Below are positions 45,708 to 54,004 of a stretch of 61,091 bases of DNA, one piece after another (the stretch's first letter is position 1; every line of letters begins with the position of its first letter). This DNA is from an uncultured Synergistaceae bacterium (GTDB lineage Bacteria > Synergistota > Synergistia > Synergistales > Aminobacteriaceae), in contig CALMZW010000071.1 of the NCBI GenBank assembly GCA_937870605.1, forward strand, positions 1 to 61,091, written 5' to 3'. Position numbers and translations under genes: made by a program. The notes beneath the pieces were generated by a model. It made no database searches. It saw only the letters and a program-made list of their open reading frames with translations, and was not told where the DNA came from.

Positions 45708-45746
45708 AAAAAAAAGGGCTCCGTCCTCATTCACAGGACGGAGCCC
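45708..45746 (-). terminator. intrinsic terminator between convergent slt and cdc48-like genes
   Basis: 12-bp perfect stem GGGCTCCGTCCT / AGGACGGAGCCC with loop CATTCAC. T8 follows on the reverse strand (A8 at 45708-45715). Confidence 0.8.
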
Positions 45747-45773
45747 CTTTGCTCGCATGCGACGGGAAGACGG

Positions 45774-47921
45774 CTAGAATCCCGTCAGCGTCTTGATCTG
45801 TTCGTGGCGGCCGAGAATCTCCATGGCCGAGTCGAAGTGTCGCCATTCGAGCAGCGGGATCACCTCTCCGCCGCTCTTGAGCGCCTCGCGAAGCGCGAGC
45901 ATCGCGGCCTTTCGGCAGACGAACGCGATGTCGCCGCCCGAGAACCCCGAACTTTTTCGCGCAAGTTCCTCCGTATTCACGTCGGGCGAGACGGGTTTCT
46001 TCAGGAGGTGAATCGCGAAGATGCGCCGCCGCGCCTCCTCGTCGGGCATCGGCAGCTCCATGACGAGGTCGAACCGCCCGCCTGCGAGCAACGACGGGTC
46101 GACGAGGTCGATCCGGTTCGTCGTTGCGAGGACGATAACGCCGCGCAACTCCTCGATGCCGTTCATCTCCGCGAGGAACTGGCTGATGACGCGCTCCGTG
46201 AAGCTCGCTCCGGCGCCGGAGTCGCGTCCGCGCACGGGGACAAGCGATTCGATCTCGTCGAAGTAGAGGATCGACGGAGACGCCTGTTTTGCGGTCCGGA
46301 ACACCTCGCGAATCGCGCGCTCGCTCTCTCCGACGTACTTTGACATCAATTCCGGCCCCTTTACGGAGATGAAGTTCACGCCGCTCTCGCGGGCAAGCGC
46401 CTTCGCGAGAAGCGTCTTTCCCGTGCCGGACGGCCCGTGGAGGAGGATGCCCTTCGTGGGCGTCATGTCGTACTTCTCGAAGACGTCCGGGTGCTGCAAC
46501 GGCCACTGGACCGCGTCGCGCAGCTCGTCCTTGATGTCCTCGAGTCCGCCGACGTCAGCCCACGTCACGTCGGGAACCTCGACGAAGACCTCGCGGATCG
46601 CCGACGGCTCGATCTCCTTCAGCGCATCGATGAAATGCTCCATCCGGACGTCCATCGAGAGCAGTCGGTCATAGGGGATCTCGGCCATTTCCATGTCGAT
46701 ATGCGGGAGGATCTCGCGCAGGCTCGCCATCGCGGCCTCTTTCGTGAGCGCCTCGAGGTCCGCGCCGACGAAGCCGTGCGTGATCTCGGCGAGACGGTGC
46801 AGGTCGACGTCGGGCGCGAGCGGCATCCCGCGACTGTGGATCTGGAGGATTTCATAGCGCCCCTTTTTGTCGGGGATCGGAATGGCGATCTCCCGGTCGA
46901 ACCGGCCCGGACGCCTGAGCGCCGGGTCGAGCGTGTTCGGGATGTTCGTCGCGCCGATGACCACGATCTGTCCGCGCGATTCCAGTCCGTCGAGCAGCGC
47001 CAGAAGCTGCGCCACGACGCGCCGCTCGACCTGCTTCTCGCCGCCCATCTCCTCGCGTTTCGGCGCGATGGCGTCGATCTCGTCGATGAAGATGATCGAC
47101 GGCGCGTGCGACTGCGCCTCCTCGAAGACGTTCCGCAGGCGCTCCTCGCTCTCGCCGTAGAACTTGCCGATGATTTCCGGACCGGAGATGTGCGTGAAGT
47201 AGACGTCCGTCTCGTTCGCGACGGCGCGTGCGATGACGGTCTTGCCGGTCCCCGGGGGGCCGTAGAGCAGCACGCCCTTCGGCGGCTGGACGCCGAGGCG
47301 GTCGAAGACCTGCGGAAAGCGCAGCGGCAGTTCGATCATCTCGCGAATCCGCTGGATCTGCGACCCGAGACCGCCGATGTCCTCGTAGGAAATTTTCGCG
47401 GCGCGCTTCGCGCCCTGGACCTTTTCCACGTTGACGGCCGTCGAGCTGCTCACGATCACCGTGCCGTCGGGCGTCGTATCGGTCACGCGGAAGTCCACGA
47501 CACGGGTGCCGAAGAGCACGAGCCGGACGCGATCCCCGGTCATCGCGGGCATGCCCTCGAGGAGCGAGCCGATATACCGCGCGTCGCGCTCCTTTTCGAG
47601 AAGAGCCATCGTCGTCAGCGGGCGCAGCGTGATGCTCCCCGCGAAGTGATGGTCGATCTTGTGCACCGACACTTTGTCGTCGATGGCCACGCCCGCGTTA
47701 TCGCGGGTGACGCCGTCGATCTGGATGATCTGCTTGCCGCGCTCCTCCGAATCGCACGAGAGAACGCGCACCGGAGTGCGGCGTCTGTTCTCGGACTGGG
47801 AGATTCCCTCGATCTCGACGATCTGCCCTTCCGAGACCCCGTACTTGATCATATCCTGGGGGTCCATCCGGGCCAGGCAGCGTCCGACGTCCTTCCCCAA
47901 CGATTCCCTGACTTTCAGCAT
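45774..47921 (-). CDS. Cdc48/VCP/VAT-type AAA+ ATPase (N domain plus D1 plus D2)
   Basis: 715 aa. The Cdc48-like N domain begins [40 protein letters not shown]1 has GPPGTGKT and [11 protein letters not shown]2 has GPSGTGKT and [10 protein letters not shown]. Both have arginine-finger regions. Confidence 0.9.
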   Translation of the reverse strand: MLKVRESLGKDVGRCLARMDPQDMIKYGVSEGQIVEIEGISQSENRRRTPVRVLSCDSEERGKQIIQIDGVTRDNAGVAIDDKVSVHKIDHHFAGSITLRPLTTMALLEKERDARYIGSLLEGMPAMTGDRVRLVLFGTRVVDFRVTDTTPDGTVIVSSSTAVNVEKVQGAKRAAKISYEDIGGLGSQIQRIREMIELPLRFPQVFDRLGVQPPKGVLLYGPPGTGKTVIARAVANETDVYFTHISGPEIIGKFYGESEERLRNVFEEAQSHAPSIIFIDEIDAIAPKREEMGGEKQVERRVVAQLLALLDGLESRGQIVVIGATNIPNTLDPALRRPGRFDREIAIPIPDKKGRYEILQIHSRGMPLAPDVDLHRLAEITHGFVGADLEALTKEAAMASLREILPHIDMEMAEIPYDRLLSMDVRMEHFIDALKEIEPSAIREVFVEVPDVTWADVGGLEDIKDELRDAVQWPLQHPDVFEKYDMTPTKGILLHGPSGTGKTLLAKALARESGVNFISVKGPELMSKYVGESERAIREVFRTAKQASPSILYFDEIESLVPVRGRDSGAGASFTERVISQFLAEMNGIEELRGVIVLATTNRIDLVDPSLLAGGRFDLVMELPMPDEEARRRIFAIHLLKKPVSPDVNTEELARKSSGFSGGDIAFVCRKAAMLALREALKSGGEVIPLLEWRHFDSAMEILGRHEQIKTLTGF

Positions 47922-48051
47922 GTCTCTTTCGCGCTCCTTTACGTGCCGTCTCCTCCCGCGAAAATACAGGGGGAAGCTGCGTTATGCTACCACAGATATG
48001 AACGATCGGCGACTGCCGGCCGGCGGAGAAATGGACCGCTCCGCCGCATGC

Positions 48052-48087
48052 AAAAAGCCCTCTCCGGCGATTCCCGCCGAAGAGGGC
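48052..48087 (-). terminator. intrinsic terminator after the aminotransferase gene
   Basis: The reverse strand reads GCCCTCTTCGGCG-GGAAT-CGCCGGAGAGGGC followed by TTTTT. Confidence 0.8.
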
Positions 48088-48110
48088 GCTGTGCATTGCG
48101 GGAAGAGAGA

Positions 48111-49325
48111 CTAGCGGGTCGCGATGGCTTCGACGCGGCCGGGATAGGCCTCGAGTCCGAGTTTGAGAATGTTCATGGCCTTGACGAGGTCTTCGTTCTT
48201 CAGGACGTACGCCAGACGGAACTCGTTCTTGCCGAGTCCCTTGGTCGCGTAGAAGCCCTCGGCGGGGGCGGCCATCATGGTCTCGCCGTTGACGTCGAAG
48301 TGCTGGAGCATCCAGATGACGAACTTCTCGGCATCATCCACGGGAAGTTTGACGACGACGTAGAAGGCGCCCTTGGGTTCCTCGCAGACCACGCCGGGCA
48401 TCTGCTTCAGGGCCTTGTAGAGCGTGTCCCTTCGGGAGACGTATTCCTTGTTGACCTCTTCGAGGTAGGACTTCGGGGTGGAGTAGAGCGCCGCAGCTCC
48501 GACCTGCTCGAGCGTGGAGATGCACAGGCGGCCCTGGCAGAGCTTCAGGACGTTCGCGATGATGTCCTTGTTCCGGCAGGCGAAGCAGCCGACGCGCGCG
48601 CCGCAGGCGCTGTAGCGCTTGGAGACGGAGTCGATGATGATGACCCGGTCGGCGATGTCTTCCATGTGGCCGAAGCTCTTGTACTTCAGCCCGTCGTAGA
48701 CGAACTCGCGGTAGACTTCGTCCGCGACGATGAACATGTCGTGCTTCTTTGCGAGATCCGCGAGATCCTGCATTTCCTTCTCGGTGTAGATCGTTCCGGT
48801 CGGGTTTCCGGGATTGGAGACGAGGAAGGCGCGGGTCTTCGGGGTGATGAGTTTTTCCATCGCTTCCTTCGAGGGAAGATGGAACCCGTCCTCCGCCTTC
48901 GTCGTGATCGGCTTGATGGTGACGTTCACGCACTGCGAAAAGGCGTTGTAGTTGGCGTAGAATGGTTCCGGGACGAGGACTTCGTCGCCGGGGTCGCACA
49001 TGACCATGAACGCGAACATGAGCGCTTCGCTGCCGCCGTTCGTGACGAGAATGTCATCGCGTTTGAGGTTGATGTTCCATTCCTTGTAGTAGGCGCACAT
49101 GGCGTCCCGGAGGTCGTTGTTTCCCTGTGACGTCGCGTAGGCGACCACATCGAGACTGAACTTCCGGATGGCTTCGAAGTATGCGGGAGGGGTCTTGATA
49201 TCGGGCTGACCGATGTTCAGATGATACACCTTTTTTCCCTTGGCCTTCGCCTCGTCCGCGTACGGGATCAGGCGGCGGATAGGAGAAGACTGCATCGCCA
49301 GAACTCTGTTCGAACTCTTGACCAT
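48111..49325 (-). CDS. class I PLP-dependent aminotransferase (aspartate/aromatic aminotransferase-like)
   Basis: 404 aa with SSPIRRL, NIGQPD, SNPGNPTG and DSVSKRYSACGARVG (PLP lysine). RBS AAGGGGGA. Confidence 0.85.
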   Translation of the reverse strand: MVKSSNRVLAMQSSPIRRLIPYADEAKAKGKKVYHLNIGQPDIKTPPAYFEAIRKFSLDVVAYATSQGNNDLRDAMCAYYKEWNINLKRDDILVTNGGSEALMFAFMVMCDPGDEVLVPEPFYANYNAFSQCVNVTIKPITTKAEDGFHLPSKEAMEKLITPKTRAFLVSNPGNPTGTIYTEKEMQDLADLAKKHDMFIVADEVYREFVYDGLKYKSFGHMEDIADRVIIIDSVSKRYSACGARVGCFACRNKDIIANVLKLCQGRLCISTLEQVGAAALYSTPKSYLEEVNKEYVSRRDTLYKALKQMPGVVCEEPKGAFYVVVKLPVDDAEKFVIWMLQHFDVNGETMMAAPAEGFYATKGLGKNEFRLAYVLKNEDLVKAMNILKLGLEAYPGRVEAIATR

Positions 49326-49448
49326 AAAACGACGTCCCCCTTATCGGTATAATATGGACCTTGAGAACATAGTATCACAAACAGATTAATATTCCGTTGT
49401 GCGTTGTGTATTCAGCAAATTTCAAAGAAGCATTCCACGTGACGAAGG

Positions 49449-49457
49449 ATGTATAAT
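49449..49457 (+). promoter_or_regulatory. extended -10 element TGTATAAT
   Basis: ATGTATAAT at 49449-49457, about 30 nt upstream of the AAGGAGG RBS of the mutase-like gene. Confidence 0.45.
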
Positions 49458-49489
49458 GCCTGCGTGGAAAAATCAAGGAGGTGGCGACC

Positions 49490-50719
49490 GTGAGCGCTCG
49501 CATGGAACTTCTCGAAAAACTGGCTCTTCGCCCTGCCCCGGACGCATGCAAGGATCGCAAGATGGTCCTTCTCGTTATGGACGGCATCGGCGGTCTGCCC
49601 GATAAATCCGGCCGGACGGAACTCGAGGCGGCGCAAAAGCCGAACCTCGACAAACTCGCGTCCAGGAGCGATCTGGGCGTTCTCGAAATGGTGGATGTCG
49701 GAATCACGCCCGGGAGCGGTCCCGGGCATCTCTCGCTTTTCGGATACGATCCGCTGGAATACGCCATCGGTCGCGGCATCCTGGAAGCCCTCGGCGTCGG
49801 AGCCGTTCTCGGGCCCGGCGACGTCTGCGCCCGCGGGAATTTCTGCACCCGCGACGCGGGGGGCGTCATCACCGACCGGCGCGCCGGGCGCATCCCCACC
49901 GCGGAAAGCGGACGCATCGTCAGGAAGCTGTCGGAGGCCATCCCCGCGATCGACGGCGTCCGCGTGACCTTCCACGCCGGACTGGAGCACCGGTTCGTCG
50001 TGATCTTCTCCGGTCCCGGATTGTCGGAGCATGTCGCCGACGCGGACCCGCAGAAGGAGGGCCTTCCGATGAAATGGGCGGCGCCCTCGGCTCCCGATGG
50101 AGAGCGGACGGCCGCTGTAACCAACGCCTTCATCCGGCGCGTCTCGGAGGTTCTCGGGGACGAGCCGAAAGCCAACGCGTGCCTGCTTCGCGGCTTCTCG
50201 TCCGCGCCGGATATCCCGACGCTCGGAAAGCTCTACGGCGTCTCGCCCGTCGCGATCGCGACCTATCCGATGTACAAGGGGCTCTCCCGGCTTGTGGGAA
50301 TGGACGTCGCCGAGGCGGGGACGACGCTCGACGAGCTGTTCGAGACGCTCGGGAGGGTATGGGACCGGTACGATTATTTTTACGTCCACGTGAAGTACAC
50401 CGACAGCCGCGGCGAGGACGGAAACTACGACGCCAAGAAGAAGGTCGTCGAACAGGTCGACTCGCTGCTGCCGAAGCTCACGGCCCTGAACCCGGATGTC
50501 CTCGCGATCACCGGAGACCACAGCACGCCGAGCGTCATGTCCGGCCACTCGTGGCACACCGTGCCGGTGCTCCTTGCGAGCCCGTACACGCGCTTCGGGA
50601 TGTCCTCGACGTTCGGGGAGCGTTCCTGCGTCCTCGGTTCCCTCGGGAAGATCCCGGGACCGTCCCTCATGGGACTCATGCTCGCCCACGCCGGGCGACT
50701 CGCGAAATACGGCGCGTAA
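49490..50719 (+). CDS. apgM: archaeal-type cofactor-independent phosphoglycerate mutase homolog (ApgM family; some members of this family are proposed homoserine kinases)
   Basis: LVMDGIGGLPD...TELEAAQKPNLDKLA...PGSGPGHLSLFGYDP and the C-terminal GDHSTP metal-site motif. GTG 49490 lies 8 nt after AAGGAGG. The track start at 49481 overlaps the RBS. Confidence 0.75.
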   Translation: MSARMELLEKLALRPAPDACKDRKMVLLVMDGIGGLPDKSGRTELEAAQKPNLDKLASRSDLGVLEMVDVGITPGSGPGHLSLFGYDPLEYAIGRGILEALGVGAVLGPGDVCARGNFCTRDAGGVITDRRAGRIPTAESGRIVRKLSEAIPAIDGVRVTFHAGLEHRFVVIFSGPGLSEHVADADPQKEGLPMKWAAPSAPDGERTAAVTNAFIRRVSEVLGDEPKANACLLRGFSSAPDIPTLGKLYGVSPVAIATYPMYKGLSRLVGMDVAEAGTTLDELFETLGRVWDRYDYFYVHVKYTDSRGEDGNYDAKKKVVEQVDSLLPKLTALNPDVLAITGDHSTPSVMSGHSWHTVPVLLASPYTRFGMSSTFGERSCVLGSLGKIPGPSLMGLMLAHAGRLAKYGA

Positions 50720-50731
50720 AGGAGACCTGGA

Positions 50732-51751
50732 GTGGCGGAACCGGCGCGAAAGACGACTGCGGAAGTTCGACAGCTTTCAAAGGATGCAAAATTCGATACC
50801 ATCGGCGTTGTCATGGCCTCCACGCAACGCAGGGACAAGAAGGGCAGCCCCTACTGGACGATCACGGTCATGGACGAAACGGGCTCCCTGGAGGGCCGCG
50901 TGTGGAGCAACGGAGTCTGGAAGGATGTCCGGGACGGCGGAAGCACGGACGTCGATCCGCTGACCTCGGATCTTGCGAAGGGCATGAACGGCAGGAGCCT
51001 GGGACTCCGGGGGCAGGTCTCCGAATTCAACGACAAACTGCAATACAATTTTAACATCGTCTATTTCGTGGATCAGGAGAAGTACCCGCCGCACGAGTTC
51101 GTCCAGAGATCCCCGATCCCGGTCGAGACGCTGCTGAAAGGGCTCGACGAAATCCTCGGGCAGTGCGGGGAGCTTGAGGCGTTCGTGCGCAGCGTCCTGG
51201 AGAGCGACGGGATCCGCAGGGATTTCGAATCCTTTCCGGCCGCCGTGTCCCATCACCACGCCTACACGGCCGGATTGCTGGAACACACGATCTCCGTGGC
51301 CCGGAACGCCGTCGCGACGGCCGACGCATCCATCGCGTCGGGGTACCCCGTTGACCGGGGGATCGTCGCGGCGGGGGCGTTGCTTCATGACCTGGGCAAG
51401 CTCGACGCCTACCGCCTGTCTCCGATGCCGCAGATGACGGTCCCCGGCACCGTCATCGACCACGTCGCGCTCGGGTACGCCCGGTTCGACCGACTCGCGG
51501 AGGCGTTCGGCCTGGAGGAACGCTTGCGTCTTGCGCTCGGGCATATCCTGATAAGCCACCACGGCAGCAAGGAATTCGGTTCCCCCGCGCTGCCCGCGAC
51601 GCCCGAGGCCATGATCGTCTCCTCGGCCGACGAACTCGACTTCCGCCTCTACTGCTGGAAAAACGCCGTCGACCAGCTCGACGACGATTCCGACGGGATC
51701 ACGGACTTCAGCTATTCCGCGGGCCGTCGCTTCTGGAAGTGGCGGGAGTGA
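50732..51751 (+). CDS. yhaM: YhaM-like 3'-5' exoribonuclease (OB fold plus HD domain)
   Basis: N-terminal OB-like segment (YWTITVMDETGSLEGRVW) and HD-domain motifs HHHAYTAGLLEHT, LLHDLGK and ISHHG. RBS AAGGAG 7 nt upstream of the GTG. Confidence 0.75.
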   Translation: MAEPARKTTAEVRQLSKDAKFDTIGVVMASTQRRDKKGSPYWTITVMDETGSLEGRVWSNGVWKDVRDGGSTDVDPLTSDLAKGMNGRSLGLRGQVSEFNDKLQYNFNIVYFVDQEKYPPHEFVQRSPIPVETLLKGLDEILGQCGELEAFVRSVLESDGIRRDFESFPAAVSHHHAYTAGLLEHTISVARNAVATADASIASGYPVDRGIVAAGALLHDLGKLDAYRLSPMPQMTVPGTVIDHVALGYARFDRLAEAFGLEERLRLALGHILISHHGSKEFGSPALPATPEAMIVSSADELDFRLYCWKNAVDQLDDDSDGITDFSYSAGRRFWKWRE

Positions 51752-52695
51752 CCTTCCGCCTGATCGTCTCGGACCACCACGACGGCCGGCGGCTCGACCG
51801 GCTGCTCCGCACGATCTGGCCCGCCGTTCCGCTCGGAAACATCATGCGGAGCCTGCGCACCGGGGCCGTGCGCCTCGACGGACGGAAGGCCGATGCGGCC
51901 TCCCGCGTCGCGGCGGGGCAGGAAATCATCGTCCCGTGGGAGGCTCCCGACGAGCGTCCGCCCATCCCGCAGTACGCGGCTGCGTTGTGTCTTGACGTGC
52001 TCTACCGGGACGAATCCGTCTGGGTGGTGAACAAACCCGTGGATCTTCTCGTCCAACCGGACGTGAAGGACGGCGATTCCGTCCTGCGCCGCGTGGAGGC
52101 CATGCGCGCCGCGCTTCCCCGCGAAAGCGCGGATGCGCCCTTTCCTCCCGCGGCCGTGCATCGTCTCGACCGGAACACGACGGGCGTTCTCATCGTCGCG
52201 GTTTCGGGCCGGGCGCAGCGGGAACTCGAACGCGTGTTCCGGGAGCGCCTGCTCGACAAGACCTACCTCGCCATCGTCTCCGGCTCGCCCCAGGGGGAGG
52301 GAAGCGTTACGGCCTCGCTGCTCAAGGATCCGGAGACGAACACGGTCCGCGTCGATCCGACGGGACAGAACGCCTGCACGCGCTACCGCACGCTCGAGCG
52401 TTCAGGCGGACTCGCGCTCGTGGAGATCGAACTCGTCACCGGAAGGACGCACCAGGCGCGCGTTCACATGGCGCACGTCGGATGCCCGATCCTCGGCGAC
52501 CGAAAGTACGGCTTCCACGACGTGAACAACGACTGGAAAAAGCGCGGCGCGAAACGGCCGCTGCTGCACGCCTGGAAGATCTTTCTCGGCGAACTGCGAC
52601 CTCCGGTCGACCATCTTTCCGGGATGACCTTCACGGCTCCCGTTCCCGACGACATGAAAAAACTCCTGCAGGAAACGGGGTTCCGGGAAGTCTGA
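51739..52695 (+). CDS. RluA-family pseudouridine synthase (RluC/RluD-like, with S4 domain)
   Basis: S4-like N-terminus RLDRLL...G.VRLDGRK, catalytic HRLDRNTTGVLIVA, and TGRTHQARVH. GTG 51748 (GTGA overlap with the upstream stop) is an alternative start. Confidence 0.85.
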   Translation: MAGVTFRLIVSDHHDGRRLDRLLRTIWPAVPLGNIMRSLRTGAVRLDGRKADAASRVAAGQEIIVPWEAPDERPPIPQYAAALCLDVLYRDESVWVVNKPVDLLVQPDVKDGDSVLRRVEAMRAALPRESADAPFPPAAVHRLDRNTTGVLIVAVSGRAQRELERVFRERLLDKTYLAIVSGSPQGEGSVTASLLKDPETNTVRVDPTGQNACTRYRTLERSGGLALVEIELVTGRTHQARVHMAHVGCPILGDRKYGFHDVNNDWKKRGAKRPLLHAWKIFLGELRPPVDHLSGMTFTAPVPDDMKKLLQETGFREV

Positions 52696-52752
52696 CCCGC
52701 GCAGGCGACCGACAGGTCCCGACGCTTCGGGGCCGGGGAAGGGGAATCGTTC

Positions 52753-53994
52753 ATGAGCGAATCGTCGCGGACGTTGAAGCTCCTTCACACCTCCGACTGG
52801 CACCTCGGCTGCACGCTCTGCGGAAGAAAGCGCCACGACGAGGCGGAGGCCTTTCTCCGGTGGCTCGGCGACGCGATCGAAAGAGAACGCGCCGACGTCC
52901 TGCTCGTCGCGGGAGACGTCTTCGACTCGATCGCCCCCGGCAACCGCGCGCAGGAACTCTACTACCGTTTTTTGCGCCGCATCGCCGCCTCATGCTGTCG
53001 CCACGCCGTGATCACCGCGGGGAACCACGATTCCCCGTCCTTCCTGAACGCGCCCCGCGAACTGCTCCTCGAATTCGGCGTCCACATCGTCGGCTCCATA
53101 ACCGGATCTCCGGATGACGAGGCGCTCGTTCTCAAAGACGAATCGGGCGCGGACGAACTCGTCGTCTGCGCCGTTCCGTACCTCCGGGACAGGGACATCC
53201 GCTGCGTCGAAGCGGGCGAAAGCCTCGAGGACAAGGAACGCAAGCTCACGGACGGCATCGCGTCGCATTACGAGACCGTGTGCGGTCGTGCGCGGGAGCT
53301 GGCGCGCGGCGTTCCGGCCGTCGCTATGGGGCATCTCTTCGCGGCCGGCGGCCGGACGGTCGAAGGCGACGGGGTCCGCAATCTCTATGTGGGATCCCTT
53401 GCTCGGGTCGGAGCGGACATCTTCCCGGAGGATCTCGCCTACGTCGCGCTCGGACATCTCCACAGCCCCCAGAGGATCGGCGGGTCCGACCGCGTGCGCT
53501 ACAGCGGCGCCCCGCTGCCGATGGGGTTCGGGGAGGCGGAGCAGCAAAAGAGCGTCTGCCTCGTCGAAATTCCGCCGTCCGGCCCCGCCTCGGTGCGCGT
53601 GCTTCCGGTCCCCCGCTTCCGGCGGCTCGAACGGATCTGCGGCGACTGGGACGCGATCGCGTCGCGCCTCTTCGAGATGAAGGCCGCGGGCGAATCCGCC
53701 TGGATCGAAGCGGTCTGCGACGACGCCCATACCGTCCCGGACCTTCGGGAGCGCTTCGACGAGGCGACCCGCGGGTCGCAGCTGGACATCCTGCGCATCC
53801 GGAGCGGAAAAACGGCCGAAAGCGCGCTCGTCGGGGGAGACGACGGGGAAACCCTCGCGGAACTCGACGAATACGAGGTCTTCTCCCGCTGCCTGGACGC
53901 GAACTGCGTTCCGGCAGAACAGCGGCCCGAGCTTGAACGGACGTACCGCGAGACGCTCGTCTCCCTCCGGGAAGACGACGTCTTTGCGGAGTAG
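52753..53994 (+). CDS. sbcD: exonuclease SbcCD, nuclease subunit D (Mre11-like)
   Basis: Phosphoesterase motifs LLHTSDWHLG, AGDVFD, GNHDS and LGHLH. Confidence 0.9.
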   Translation: MSESSRTLKLLHTSDWHLGCTLCGRKRHDEAEAFLRWLGDAIERERADVLLVAGDVFDSIAPGNRAQELYYRFLRRIAASCCRHAVITAGNHDSPSFLNAPRELLLEFGVHIVGSITGSPDDEALVLKDESGADELVVCAVPYLRDRDIRCVEAGESLEDKERKLTDGIASHYETVCGRARELARGVPAVAMGHLFAAGGRTVEGDGVRNLYVGSLARVGADIFPEDLAYVALGHLHSPQRIGGSDRVRYSGAPLPMGFGEAEQQKSVCLVEIPPSGPASVRVLPVPRFRRLERICGDWDAIASRLFEMKAAGESAWIEAVCDDAHTVPDLRERFDEATRGSQLDILRIRSGKTAESALVGGDDGETLAELDEYEVFSRCLDANCVPAEQRPELERTYRETLVSLREDDVFAE

Positions 53995-54004
53995 GGGGCG
54001 GACG

